Below, in pieces: positions 38,857 through 49,193 of a DNA stretch of 64,000 nt. Numbering within the stretch: the first letter of the stretch is position 1; each line of letters starts with the position of its first letter. Below the pieces are notes generated by a model, which saw only the letters and a list, made by a program, of their open reading frames with translations, was not told the DNA's origin and did not search any database. Location of the stretch: contig JAUSKT010000021.1 in NCBI GenBank assembly GCA_030646915.1, forward strand, positions 19,707-83,706. Reading direction: 5' to 3'. Position numbers and translations under genes: made by a program. Source of the stretch: a bacterium (GTDB lineage: Bacteria > Patescibacteriota > Minisyncoccia > UBA6257 > 02-FULL-45-10c).

Positions 38857-39840
38857 ATGAAAAAAAGAGCTTTTATAACCGGAATTACAGGGCAAGACGG
38901 TTCTTATTTAGCAGAACTGCTTTTATCAAAGGGATACGAAGTTCATGGACTGGTAAGAAGGTCTAGTACTTTTAACAGGGAAAGGATAGCTGATATATAT
39001 AAAAATCTTCAGAGTACGAAAAATATTTTTTTGCATTATGGCGATCTTTCCGATTCGAGTAATTTGGCGCGATTGATTGTTAAAATTGATCCTAATGAAA
39101 TATATAATCTTGGAGCGCAAAGTCACGTCGGGATTAGTTTTGATATGCCGGAATACACTTCGGATGTTGATGCGCTTGGAGCATTAAGGCTTCTTGAGGC
39201 AATAAAGGAATCCCATATTAAATGCAGATTTTATCAGGCTTCTTCTTCGGAAATGTTTGGAAATTCTCGCCAAAGAATTCAAAATGAAGAAACGCCATTT
39301 TCTCCAAGGAGTCCGTATGGAGTTGCAAAAGTTTTTGCTTATTTAATAACTAAAAACTTCAGGGAAGCTTACGGACTTTTTGCCTGCAATGGGATTTTAT
39401 TTAATCATGAATCTCCGAGAAGAGGTGAGAATTTTGTGACAAAAAAGATTTCTAGGGGCGTAGCTGAGATTGCTCTCGGTAAAAAGGATAAAATTTATTT
39501 AGGAAATTTGAATGCCAAGCGCGATTGGGGTTATGCCCCGGAATATGTTGAAGCAATGTGGCTTATGCTTCAGCAGAAAAAGCCGGATGATTATGTAATT
39601 GCAACTGGCGAAGCACATTCAGTCCGAGAATTTGCTGAGGAAGCATTTCGGTGTATAGGGATAAAGAATTGGAAAAAATATATAGAAATTGATAAGAGGT
39701 ACTATCGTCCGACAGAAGTTGATTCGCTTACTGGTGATGCTTCAAAAGCTAAAAAAATCTTGAAATGGCACCCAAAAACTAAATTTAAAGATTTAGTTAA
39801 AATAATGGTGGAAGCTGATTTAAATTTTCTAAAAAAGTAA
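38857..39840 (+). CDS. gmd: GDP-mannose 4,6-dehydratase
   Basis: [29 protein letters not shown] and RDWG motifs. Confidence 0.95.
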   Translation: MKKRAFITGITGQDGSYLAELLLSKGYEVHGLVRRSSTFNRERIADIYKNLQSTKNIFLHYGDLSDSSNLARLIVKIDPNEIYNLGAQSHVGISFDMPEYTSDVDALGALRLLEAIKESHIKCRFYQASSSEMFGNSRQRIQNEETPFSPRSPYGVAKVFAYLITKNFREAYGLFACNGILFNHESPRRGENFVTKKISRGVAEIALGKKDKIYLGNLNAKRDWGYAPEYVEAMWLMLQQKKPDDYVIATGEAHSVREFAEEAFRCIGIKNWKKYIEIDKRYYRPTEVDSLTGDASKAKKILKWHPKTKFKDLVKIMVEADLNFLKK

Positions 39841-39846
39841 AATAAT

Positions 39847-39875
39847 AAAAAAGCCGCACTTTAGCGCGGCTTTTT
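39847..39875. terminator. Bidirectional terminator
   Basis: A6-GCCGC-actttagc-GCGGC-T5 between convergent genes. Confidence 0.85.
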
Positions 39876-39880
39876 CAATT

Positions 39881-40201
39881 TTAATCATTAAATGGTAGAT
39901 ATAAATCTCCAATTTGCCAATCTGCTACCCCTTTAATAATATCAGCCATTTCTTTATGTTTTGGATGCGCTTGGAATGCTTTAAAAGCATCATTATTTTC
40001 AAAGACAGCTATTTCTACTAAATCTACGTTTTTACGAAGATCCAAATTCCAATTAACTTTCCAAAAAATAATTCCAGCCTCTTCTCCGCCACAATCTTTA
40101 TCTAGCGTTTGATAACGATTACAAATTTCTTGTTTTACTGTCTCTGGAGTGTCTGGCTTGAATGAAATTAATACCACGTGCCATAGTTTATTTTGTTCCA
40201 T
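39881..40201 (-). CDS. Dabb (stress-responsive A/B barrel) family protein, copy 1
   Basis: HVVL-SFK...F-----F-AHPKH pattern. Confidence 0.75.
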   Translation of the reverse strand: MEQNKLWHVVLISFKPDTPETVKQEICNRYQTLDKDCGGEEAGIIFWKVNWNLDLRKNVDLVEIAVFENNDAFKAFQAHPKHKEMADIIKGVADWQIGDLYLPFND

Positions 40202-40246
40202 AGTTTATTCATAAAACATAGATAAAATATCAGAAGTTTCATAGAT

Positions 40247-41365
40247 ATGGTTAATTTTAAAAAATCAGCGAAAGTTTGCTTTGTTATCCCTGAATACGAC
40301 CCAGATATCTCAACCCATTTTAATTATTTATATGATTTTATTAAAGTTTTATTTTCAGATTTTGATATTTTTTTATTGATAGAGAAAGGAGCTGGAATGC
40401 CGAATTTCGCGGATCCAAATAGGGTTTACATCCAGAAATTTAAATTTACTCCGTTAAGAATTATAGAGAATTTTTTAGTTATTTTTTATATCAGGCTGAT
40501 CGGCTATAGAGATTTTTACATCCACTATTCTTTTTTATCCGCCTTTAACGCCTCTTTAATTTCAAAGTTTGTAGGAGGAAGAACTTTTTATTGGAATTGC
40601 GGTTTACCGTGGCTTTACTCCAGAAATTATTTTCGGGAAAAATTTGAACGCGCAGCGTATCGTTTAGTTACTTTTTTAGTAACCGGTACAGAGGGATTAA
40701 AAAATCAATATGCCAAGCATTATCAATTGGGGCTTTCTAAAATTAAAGTGCTTCCAAATTGGATCAATGTTAACCAATTCCATAAGCAATTTGAGATTAT
40801 CCAAGATTTAAAATTAAAGCTAAACATTTCTCCGAAAGATAAGGTTATATTATTTGTCCATCGGTTATCCAATAGAAAAGGAGCTCATTATCTTCCTAGG
40901 ATTATACAGGGCCTGGAAAACGAGAAAGTAGTATTACTAATCGTCGGCGGGGGACCGGAAAGAGAAAAGATTGAATTGGAAATTAGGAAGTCTAGACTAG
41001 AAAAAAAAGTTCGTTTTTTAAATTCTATTCCTAATAAAGAAATCCAAAATTATTTTGGCATAGCAGATATATTTATTATGCCGTCAGAAGAAGAGGGTTT
41101 CCCGCATGTGCTTTTAGAGGCGATGGTCGTTGGCGTTCCTTTTGTGGCGTTTGATGTGGGGGGCGTAAAGGAAATTTCTCCGCCGGAATCTTTAGGATAT
41201 ATCGTAGCTCCTTATGATATAAAAAGTTTTTCTAACAAAATAAAAGAACTTTTGCATTATAATGGAGATCGGATTGCAAAATTGTCTGAAATTGAACAAA
41301 GTTGGGTAAAACAGTTTGATTTATCGATTACCCTTGATAAATTCAAGGATATAATATTAAAATAA
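40247..41365 (+). CDS. GT4 glycosyltransferase
   Basis: HRL--RKG, GGGPE and EEGFPHVLLEAM motifs. Confidence 0.9.
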   Translation: MVNFKKSAKVCFVIPEYDPDISTHFNYLYDFIKVLFSDFDIFLLIEKGAGMPNFADPNRVYIQKFKFTPLRIIENFLVIFYIRLIGYRDFYIHYSFLSAFNASLISKFVGGRTFYWNCGLPWLYSRNYFREKFERAAYRLVTFLVTGTEGLKNQYAKHYQLGLSKIKVLPNWINVNQFHKQFEIIQDLKLKLNISPKDKVILFVHRLSNRKGAHYLPRIIQGLENEKVVLLIVGGGPEREKIELEIRKSRLEKKVRFLNSIPNKEIQNYFGIADIFIMPSEEEGFPHVLLEAMVVGVPFVAFDVGGVKEISPPESLGYIVAPYDIKSFSNKIKELLHYNGDRIAKLSEIEQSWVKQFDLSITLDKFKDIILK

Positions 41366-41387
41366 ATAATTTGGAATAATATAATTT

Positions 41388-42386
41388 ATGGCGAACAAGA
41401 AAACAGCTTTAATTACCGGCATAACCGGCCAGGACGGATCATATCTAGCCGAACTGCTTTTATCAAAGGGATATGAAGTTCATGGAGTTATGAGGCGGTC
41501 AAGCTCCCTTAATATCGGGAGAATAGAACATATTTTTGATTTTAATGATGTTAGAGAAAAAACCCATTTGCATTATGGAGATTTAGCAGAAGGAATTGAT
41601 CATTTACTTTATGAATTGCAGCCAGATGAAGTTTATAATCTTGGTGCTATGAGCCATGTTAAGATTTCTTTTGATATCCCAATTTATACTGGGGACATCA
41701 CTGGATTGGGAGCAGCCAGAATTTTAGAAGGTATCCACAAGCTTGGTTTGACTCAAAAAACTAAATTTTATCAGGCTTCGTCTAGCGAAATGTTTGGCAT
41801 TACTCCGCCTCCTCAATCAGAAACTAGCCCATTTAATCCAGTTTCGCCTTATGGATGTGCAAAGCTTTATGCTTACTATATGACTAAAGCTTACCGTACT
41901 GGCTATGGAATTTTTGCGGCTAATGGAATTCTTTTTAATCATGAAAGCGAGAGAAGGGGTATGAATTTTGTAACTAGGAAAATAACTCGTGGAGTAGCAA
42001 GAATAAAACTGGGATTGCAGGATAAGCTGATTCTTGGAAACTTGGATGCTAAAAGGGATTGGGGGCATAGCCGCGATTATATGGAAGCTATATATATGAT
42101 TATGCAGCACGATAAACCAGAAGATTGGGTGGTGGCGACCGGCGAATATCATACTGTCAGAGAATTTATGGAAGAAGTTTTTAAATATTTCGGATTGGAT
42201 TGGGAAAAACATGTTGTCATTGATAAGGTTTATAATCGGCCTAATGAAGTGCCCGCGCTTTTAGGCGATGCTGCCAAGATTAAAAAAGTTTTAGGCTGGA
42301 AGCCGAAAGTTTCTTTTAAGGAATTGGTCAAAGTGATGTGTGACAGTGATTTTGAAAAAGAAAAAAAGGATTCTCATATAGCATAA
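41388..42386 (+). CDS. gmd: GDP-mannose 4,6-dehydratase, second paralog
   Basis: [26 protein letters not shown] and RDWG motifs. Confidence 0.93.
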   Translation: MANKKTALITGITGQDGSYLAELLLSKGYEVHGVMRRSSSLNIGRIEHIFDFNDVREKTHLHYGDLAEGIDHLLYELQPDEVYNLGAMSHVKISFDIPIYTGDITGLGAARILEGIHKLGLTQKTKFYQASSSEMFGITPPPQSETSPFNPVSPYGCAKLYAYYMTKAYRTGYGIFAANGILFNHESERRGMNFVTRKITRGVARIKLGLQDKLILGNLDAKRDWGHSRDYMEAIYMIMQHDKPEDWVVATGEYHTVREFMEEVFKYFGLDWEKHVVIDKVYNRPNEVPALLGDAAKIKKVLGWKPKVSFKELVKVMCDSDFEKEKKDSHIA

Positions 42387-43601
42387 ATGAAAGTTTTTTT
42401 AATCACTTCCAAATTAAGTTTTAAAACTGGCGGCGGCTCAATCATAGAAATGGATCTTACGGCCCGCGAACTTCAGCGGCTTGGCAATGACGTCACGGTC
42501 ATAACTATTTTTTCTCAGCATAATGAGATACTAAAACCTCTGCCTTATAAAGTAATTGAAGAACAGATTAAATCTGGAAAACAACTAGATATCTTATTTG
42601 GTCTTTTAAGAATACTCAGAAAATATTCTAATAAGGCGGATGCATTTCACATTGACGGCTTTATGCTTTATGGCGGCGGATTGTATCGGCGACTTGGCGG
42701 CAAAGTGCCGATCCTCTGTTTCATCAACCGGGAGCTGACCGCTTGGCCGGATGAAACGAATTCTTTTTTTCAAAATTCTGCGGCTAGCTCATTTCTTAAC
42801 GGCCTTAAAAGAAAAATCCGCTGGTATATTGAACGCCATATTTTTATTTATTTTGCCAACGGATTGGATTTCGCCACATTTGAAAATCCTTTTTTGGAAC
42901 AAAAATACGTGGATTTCGGTTTGAAATTAAAATCCGTCGGGAAGACCCTCATCATCGGCGGCCCGTATCCTTTCAGTAAAGTCATGAAGGAAAACGGCAT
43001 CACCGAAGATTCTTACCGCAAGCGGAACAAAAAGACCGGCAAAATAACTCTCTTATTTTCCGGAAGAATGGTGGCGGGAAAAGGATTTGATTTTATCATC
43101 ACGGCATTTTCTAAAATCAAAAATAAGGATAATTTTCGCCTGGTTTTGACTGGAAGCGGCCCGGAAGAGAATCTAGTTCGGCAATTAATCAAGGATTTAA
43201 ATCTTGATTCTTACGTGGAATTGCCTGGTTGGATTTCTAGGGCAGAACTGAATGATATTCTGAAAAAAACTGACATATTTATTCAGCCTCTTTGGCGACC
43301 ATTTTTATCTTCATTGGCACTTTCAGAGGCTATGGCATTCGGCATACCATCTATTGTTCCTAGTGGAGGTGGATTGGCTTTTGTAGCTGGAGACAGTTGC
43401 TTAACCTTCAAGCCAGGGAATGTGGATGATCTGGCTGCTCAGCTTGAGAAACTCGGTTCCGATTACGATCTGCGCGCGGAGCTTTCGCACCAATGTTATA
43501 TTCGGCTTAATAAAGAAGATGTCAGTTATGAAAAAACTATGCCCAAGATAAGTAAAATTTTACAGGATTTGGCAGCTAAATCGAAAAAGAAACATCTTTA
43601 A
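42387..43601 (+). CDS. GT4 glycosyltransferase
   Basis: GR---KG, GSGPE and SEAMAFG-P motifs; the first Glu of E-x7-E is not evident. Confidence 0.82.
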   Translation: MKVFLITSKLSFKTGGGSIIEMDLTARELQRLGNDVTVITIFSQHNEILKPLPYKVIEEQIKSGKQLDILFGLLRILRKYSNKADAFHIDGFMLYGGGLYRRLGGKVPILCFINRELTAWPDETNSFFQNSAASSFLNGLKRKIRWYIERHIFIYFANGLDFATFENPFLEQKYVDFGLKLKSVGKTLIIGGPYPFSKVMKENGITEDSYRKRNKKTGKITLLFSGRMVAGKGFDFIITAFSKIKNKDNFRLVLTGSGPEENLVRQLIKDLNLDSYVELPGWISRAELNDILKKTDIFIQPLWRPFLSSLALSEAMAFGIPSIVPSGGGLAFVAGDSCLTFKPGNVDDLAAQLEKLGSDYDLRAELSHQCYIRLNKEDVSYEKTMPKISKILQDLAAKSKKKHL

Positions 43602-43643
43602 TTTTATTTTGGAAATTGGAGTATGTGTGATAAATTATAAAAT

Positions 43644-44936
43644 ATGAAAAATCCGAATTATACAACTATAAAAAAATGCCGGATTTGCGGCAATTCTAAT
43701 TTAGTTAAAGTTTTAGATTTTGGCAGGCGGCATATAGGATGCACTCCTGTTAAAAGCAATAAAAATAATAAACTGGCAAAAATAAAAATCCCGCTAGTTG
43801 CTGTTCTTTGTGATCGACGGAAGAATAAATCCGCTTGCGGCGCCGTGCAATTATTGAACACGGTGAACGGAGACCTGGTATACCGGAATATCTTTTATAG
43901 GACGGCGACTAATCCCATGATGCGTGATGCCATGAATAATGTAGTGAAAGATTGCATGGGAAAATTAAATCTGAAGAAGGATGATTATGTTCTGGATATC
44001 GGTTCCAATGACGGCACCCTGTTGACTTATTATCCGAGTTATCTGAAAAGGATCGGCATAGATCCGACTCTGAATATTGATTTCAGTAAATTAGACCCTT
44101 CTATAAAAACCGTAACAGATTATTTTTCCAAAAAAGCCGCTCTCAAAGCCAGTGATGGCACTCTTTATAAAGCAATCACCGCAATCGCTATGTTTTATGA
44201 TTTGGATGATCCTCTCGCCTTCCTTTCGGAAATAGAATCTTCCTTGGCACTAGACGGAATTTTCTGCGTACAAATGAGTTACTTGCCAACTTCTCTTAAA
44301 ACGCTGAATTTTTATGATGTTATTCATGAGCATCTTTTGTATTATACGCTCAGTGTATTTAATCACTTAGTGGAAAAAAGTAATCTTTATATTTTTGATG
44401 TTTCTTTTAATGATGTAAATGGTGGAAGTATCAGGGTTTTTCTGACCCATAAAAACAATGTCCGGCCAGTTTCTTCGGAGGTCAATAAAATTCTCAAAAC
44501 CGAAAGTTCGATGAAGTTATCTGATATTTCTACTTATAAAGAATTTTCTAAAAAAATCCAAAATCTTAAGAAAGTTACCCGCCAGGTGATTTTAAATGAA
44601 ATAAAGAATGGCAGTTTAATGATCGGTCTTGGCTCTTCCAATAAAGGCAATACTCTTCTTGAATTTTTTGATATTGATAAGAAATTATTGCCTTACATCG
44701 GCGACAGGAATCCGGAAAAATTTGGCCTGAGAACCGTAGGAACGGATATTGAATTAATTTCTGAAGAAGATGCGAGAAAGTTAAACCCTTCTTGTATGTT
44801 GGTATTAATCTGGTTTTTTAAGGATGAAGTTTTAAAGCGGGAGAAGGAATATCTAGAAAAAGGAGGGAAATTATTATTTCCAATGCCATATCCTTATTTT
44901 GTTACTAAAGATGGAGAGAAAAAAATTGATTGGTAG
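43644..44936 (+). CDS. NDP-hexose C-methyltransferase (Zn-finger, Methyltransf_13/14 type)
   Basis: CRICG, CG-VQL, DIGSNDG, HEHL-YY, NGGS-R, KGNTLL and -W-F--E motifs. Confidence 0.85.
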   Translation: MKNPNYTTIKKCRICGNSNLVKVLDFGRRHIGCTPVKSNKNNKLAKIKIPLVAVLCDRRKNKSACGAVQLLNTVNGDLVYRNIFYRTATNPMMRDAMNNVVKDCMGKLNLKKDDYVLDIGSNDGTLLTYYPSYLKRIGIDPTLNIDFSKLDPSIKTVTDYFSKKAALKASDGTLYKAITAIAMFYDLDDPLAFLSEIESSLALDGIFCVQMSYLPTSLKTLNFYDVIHEHLLYYTLSVFNHLVEKSNLYIFDVSFNDVNGGSIRVFLTHKNNVRPVSSEVNKILKTESSMKLSDISTYKEFSKKIQNLKKVTRQVILNEIKNGSLMIGLGSSNKGNTLLEFFDIDKKLLPYIGDRNPEKFGLRTVGTDIELISEEDARKLNPSCMLVLIWFFKDEVLKREKEYLEKGGKLLFPMPYPYFVTKDGEKKIDW

Positions 44937-45007
44937 GTGAAATAATTTTGTAAAATTAATTATTGAACTTGATTTTAAAGTTAATTATCCTAAATATTTT
45001 TTAAAAT

Positions 45008-45037
45008 AAAAAAAGCCGCATGTAAGTGCGGCTTTTT
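45008..45037. terminator. Bidirectional terminator (related to 39847-39875)
   Basis: A7-GCCGCA-tgtaag-TGCGGC-T5. Confidence 0.85.
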
Positions 45038-45038
45038 G

Positions 45039-45368
45039 TTACAATTTACGCGATAATTGAAAATAAATATCGCCAACCTGCCAATCAGCGGCATTTTTAA
45101 GAATATCAGTCAGTTCTTTATGTTTTGGGTGCGTTCTAAATGCCTGTAGAGCATTATTATTTTCAAAAGCAGCTATTTCTACTAAATCTACGTTTTTGCG
45201 AAGATCCAGATTCCAGTCAACTTTCCAAAAGATGATTCCAGCTTTTTCTCCACCACAATCCTTATCAAGAGTTTGATATCGATCGTAAATTTCTTGTTTG
45301 AATATTTCTGAGGCCCCTGGTTTAAATGAAATTAATACTACGTGCCATAATTTATTTTGTTCCACCAA
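45039..45368 (-). CDS. Dabb family protein, copy 2
   Basis: Clearly paralogous to 39881-40201 (shared EQNKLWHVVLISFKP, RYQTLDKDCGGE, WNLDLRKNVDLVEIA). Confidence 0.75.
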   Translation of the reverse strand: MVEQNKLWHVVLISFKPGASEIFKQEIYDRYQTLDKDCGGEKAGIIFWKVDWNLDLRKNVDLVEIAAFENNNALQAFRTHPKHKELTDILKNAADWQVGDIYFQLSRKL

Positions 45369-45550
45369 ACCGCCTCTTCAATTCTCTTTATCTTTCTGGT
45401 AAAAAGATTATCACAAAAATAATATTTTTGTCAATTAATAAAAATAGATTTTTAACTGTTGTAACCCCCACTTCTCGTTTTAAGTTAAATGGGTGTATAG
45501 AATTCAAGTATTATTGAGATAAGCCCTATATAAGTGCTAAAATTATTCAT

Positions 45551-46264
45551 ATGTTAAATAAGCAAAAACTATCTTTATCCATATTTTTTCCTTGTTATAA
45601 CGATAAGGGCACCATTGCTTTTATGGTTTTGGAGGCTAAAAAAGTTGCTCAGCAGCTTACGAATGATTTTGAAATTATTGTAATAGATGACGGATCAACA
45701 GATGGAAGCCGGGAATTGCTTTCTGCTCTTAAGGAACAAGTTCCTGAATTAAAATTGGTTTTTCATGAAAAAAATGGCGGCTATGGCGCTGCATTGCGAA
45801 GCGGTTTTAAAGCGGCTACGAAAGAACTGGTTTTTTACACTGACGGAGACGCGCAATATGACGTGAGAGAATTGCCATTATTGCTTTCAAAATTAACTCC
45901 AGATGTTGATATTGTAAATGGCTACAAGATTAAAAGATCCGATCCTTTGCACCGCATTATTGTCGGATATATTTATCAATATGTAATGAAATTGGTTTTT
46001 TGGCTACCGATCAAGGATCCTGATTGTGATTTTCGGCTTATTCGGAGAAAAGTCTTTGATAAAGTAAGCCTACAAAGCTCAACCGGAACTATTACTATAG
46101 AACTTGTTAAAAAGATCCAGCAAGCCGGTTTTCGTTTTAGCGAAGTTGGGGTTCATCATTATTTTCGCATTTACGGCAAATCACAATTTTTTAATTTTAA
46201 GCGCGTATTCAAGACTTTATGGAAATTGATGTTTTTATGGCTTGAGCTTATGATTTTATCATAA
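45551..46264 (+). CDS. GT2, DPM1-like
   Basis: FPCYND, DDGSTDGS, GYGAAL, DGDAQYD and D-DC-F motifs. Confidence 0.88.
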   Translation: MLNKQKLSLSIFFPCYNDKGTIAFMVLEAKKVAQQLTNDFEIIVIDDGSTDGSRELLSALKEQVPELKLVFHEKNGGYGAALRSGFKAATKELVFYTDGDAQYDVRELPLLLSKLTPDVDIVNGYKIKRSDPLHRIIVGYIYQYVMKLVFWLPIKDPDCDFRLIRRKVFDKVSLQSSTGTITIELVKKIQQAGFRFSEVGVHHYFRIYGKSQFFNFKRVFKTLWKLMFLWLELMILS

Positions 46265-46266
46265 TT

Positions 46267-46860
46267 ATGAACATATTACTTAAGGCATTGGCGTCTCGGC
46301 CAGAAATTTCTATTTTTCTCCGTAAAATCGTGGAGATTAATTTTCGAAATCAGAAAAAAATTATAAGACAGAACTTTGAGGCTAATCCAAGCGATCGCGT
46401 GCTAGATATTGGCTGCGGCACGGGCGAGTTTTCTCCCAGCTTTTCAAAAAGCAAATACGTTGGCATTGATATTGATCAAAAAAACATAACCTACGCGAAA
46501 AAACATTATAAAGGCGATTTTCGGGTTGCTGATGGCACGCAATTGCCATTTGAAAATGGAAGCTTTGATAAGATTTTAATAGTTGGAGTATTCCATCATC
46601 TTTCAACTGCGGACTGCAAATTAGTTTTTGGTGAGATGAAGCGAGTATTAAAAAAAGGAGGACAGATTTTGATTATGGAAGATACCAAGTCTGATAGATT
46701 TCTTGTTAAATTTATGCAGTCAGTTGATCAGGGAGCTTATATAAGGAATTTTTCTGAATGGAATTCTTTATTATCCAATAATTTCTATATTCAAAAATCA
46801 GGCTCTTTTAATAACGGCGCCTGCTTCTATTCCTATTTTTTGATCAAGGATTCTTCTTAG
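46267..46860 (+). CDS. Class I SAM methyltransferase
   Basis: LDIGCGTG, LPF--SFD, HH and RVLK-GG motifs. Confidence 0.85.
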   Translation: MNILLKALASRPEISIFLRKIVEINFRNQKKIIRQNFEANPSDRVLDIGCGTGEFSPSFSKSKYVGIDIDQKNITYAKKHYKGDFRVADGTQLPFENGSFDKILIVGVFHHLSTADCKLVFGEMKRVLKKGGQILIMEDTKSDRFLVKFMQSVDQGAYIRNFSEWNSLLSNNFYIQKSGSFNNGACFYSYFLIKDSS

Positions 46861-46906
46861 ATTTGATGAATTCGGCAAATAATGAGAATATTTAAATACT
46901 ATTTTT

Positions 46907-47335
46907 ATGATAAAAAATATAAAAGTAAAAAATTCAGGCATAGTTAAATTGCAATTTTTTGATGATTTTCCTGATGGTAATTTAGTTATTGGCGAGTCTG
47001 AAAGAAATATACCCTTTAAAATTAAAAGATTTTACTTTATTGATTATTTATTTAACCCTAAGGCTAACCGAGGTTTCCATGCTCATAAAAAGACTGAACA
47101 AATAATTTTCTGCATTAACGGCTCTTTTGAACTTAATTTGGATGATGGCCATGATAAGCAAAAAATTGTTATGACCGATCCGCATATTGGCATCCGATTA
47201 GGGCCGAAACTTTGGCATACCATGAAGAAATTTTCTCGGGATTGCGTTATTTTAGTTGTTGCAAATGATTTTTATAAAAAGTCTGATTATATACGGGATT
47301 ATCAAGAATTTTTAAGGTACATTAAAACCAAGTAG
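46907..47335 (+). CDS. fdtA: FdtA/QdtA-type dTDP-4-keto-6-deoxyglucose 3,4-ketoisomerase (cupin)
   Basis: IPF-IKR, RG-HAHK, WH-M and DYIRDY motifs. Confidence 0.85.
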   Translation: MIKNIKVKNSGIVKLQFFDDFPDGNLVIGESERNIPFKIKRFYFIDYLFNPKANRGFHAHKKTEQIIFCINGSFELNLDDGHDKQKIVMTDPHIGIRLGPKLWHTMKKFSRDCVILVVANDFYKKSDYIRDYQEFLRYIKTK

Positions 47336-47338
47336 TTT

Positions 47339-48085
47339 ATGGAAAAACCGGTTTATGAAAGCATGTATCTGCACGAAGAGGATTTTTGGTGGTTTTTAGG
47401 AATGAGAAAAATTTCTGAAATTTTTCTGAGGAACTATATAATGCCTTCTGTTGATAATAAAATTTTAGATGCCGGTTGCGGCGGAGGCGGGAAATTTAAG
47501 ATGCTCAGTCAATATGGAAAAGTTTATGGAATTGATATTTCACAAGAGGCATTGAAATATTCAAGATTAAGAAATATTGCTGAAGTATCTTATGGATCGG
47601 TAGAAAAAATACCCATGGGGAATAATGAATTTAATCTGGTAAATTGTAATGATGTTTTATATCATAGTGAAGTCGGCAATGACGTTCTGGCAATGCAGGA
47701 ATTTGCCAGAGTACTCAAACCAGGTGGAATACTTTTTATCCGGGAGGCAGCATATGATTGGCTTCGCGGGCATAATGATAAAGTAGTATGGGTAAAGCAC
47801 CGATATTCAAAAAGAGAAATTATTTCAAAGTTAGAAGCAAATGGTTTTGAAATATTAAGGATCAGTTATGTCAATTGTTTCCTTTTCCCCATTGCTTTAA
47901 TTGTCAGGCTTTTTGAGCGGGCGATTAATCGGAATGACATCCCTGAAGATATTTATAATCCGCCTTTTTTATTGAATTCATTATTTACGCGCATACTTAA
48001 TGCCGAAGCAACTGTATTATCATTTATGAATTTGCCCTTCGGTCTATCCATTGCCTGTGTAGCTAGAAAGAAAAAAACGGTTTAA
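47339..48085 (+). CDS. Class I SAM methyltransferase
   Basis: E--FWWF-G-R, LDAGCGGG, DVL-H and H-RY motifs. Confidence 0.85.
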   Translation: MEKPVYESMYLHEEDFWWFLGMRKISEIFLRNYIMPSVDNKILDAGCGGGGKFKMLSQYGKVYGIDISQEALKYSRLRNIAEVSYGSVEKIPMGNNEFNLVNCNDVLYHSEVGNDVLAMQEFARVLKPGGILFIREAAYDWLRGHNDKVVWVKHRYSKREIISKLEANGFEILRISYVNCFLFPIALIVRLFERAINRNDIPEDIYNPPFLLNSLFTRILNAEATVLSFMNLPFGLSIACVARKKKTV

Positions 48086-48107
48086 GATTGAAACAAGTTC
48101 TATTATT

Positions 48108-49193
48108 ATGATTCCATTTGTAGACTTTACCCGAGAATATAAGGAAATAGGGAAGGAAATCGATGTCGCCATTAAGGAAGTTTTGGAACGGGGTTTTTTT
48201 ATTTTGGGTCCGGAATTAGAAAATTTTGAGAAAAAATTTGCAGAATATTGCGACGCCAAATATTGCGTGGGCGTAAATTCTGGAACTGACGCTTTATATC
48301 TGAGTTTGTTATGCGCAGGCATAGGTCCGGGGGATGAGGTGATAGTGCCGGTTAATACTGCCGTGCCTACGGCTATGGCCGTTTCCATGAGTGGAGCTAA
48401 GCCGGTTTTTGCAGATTGCGACGAGAATTTTTTGATTGATATTGATAAAATTCCCCAGCTTTTGACAAAAAAAACCAAAGCAATCATGCCAGTGCATCTT
48501 TATGGCCGGGCTTGCGACATGGGCCGTTTAAAAAAGTTGGCGGTTGCCAATAAATTATTTTTAATTGAAGATTGCGCCCAGTCTGCCGGCGCGGAATGGG
48601 ACGGAAAAAAAGTAGGAACTTTGGGAGATTTCGGATGCTTCAGTTTTTATCCGACAAAAAATCTCGGAGCTTACGGAGACGGAGGAGCGGTAATTATAAA
48701 TAATGAAGATTATTACAAAAAATTGCTCGCCTCCCGTTTTTATGGGCAGGCTGACCGGGTCCATTGTTCTGGATTCGGCATTAACAGCAGGCTGGATGAA
48801 ATCCAAGCCGCTATTTTAAATGCCAAACTTAAGCATCTTGATATTTGGAATAATGCAAGGCAAAAAATTGCCGATTTATATAGGAAATTAATAACCAATC
48901 CAAAAATTATTTTGCCGGCTGCCAGTAACGATAATAATCATATTTATCATCTTTTTGTCATAAGAGCTCCCAAAAGAGATTCGCTTAAAAAAATCCTTGA
49001 AGATAAAGGTATTAAAACAGCAATTCATTATCCCGCACCCCTTTCTCGGCATTCTTTTTTTGCCGGCGCAAAACAAGAATTATTTCCTATGGCGGACCAA
49101 TATGCTGGAGAAATACTTTCGTTGCCTATGCATCCTTTCTTAGAAGAATCTGAAATCAGGGAAATCGCCGACGTTTTAAATAATTATGCATAA
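48108..49193 (+). CDS. DegT/DnrJ/EryC1 sugar aminotransferase (FdtB/QdtB-like)
   Basis: SGTDAL, EDCAQ, SFYPTKNLGAYGDGG (PLP Lys) and NSRLDE motifs; near fdtA. Confidence 0.88.
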   Translation: MIPFVDFTREYKEIGKEIDVAIKEVLERGFFILGPELENFEKKFAEYCDAKYCVGVNSGTDALYLSLLCAGIGPGDEVIVPVNTAVPTAMAVSMSGAKPVFADCDENFLIDIDKIPQLLTKKTKAIMPVHLYGRACDMGRLKKLAVANKLFLIEDCAQSAGAEWDGKKVGTLGDFGCFSFYPTKNLGAYGDGGAVIINNEDYYKKLLASRFYGQADRVHCSGFGINSRLDEIQAAILNAKLKHLDIWNNARQKIADLYRKLITNPKIILPAASNDNNHIYHLFVIRAPKRDSLKKILEDKGIKTAIHYPAPLSRHSFFAGAKQELFPMADQYAGEILSLPMHPFLEESEIREIADVLNNYA

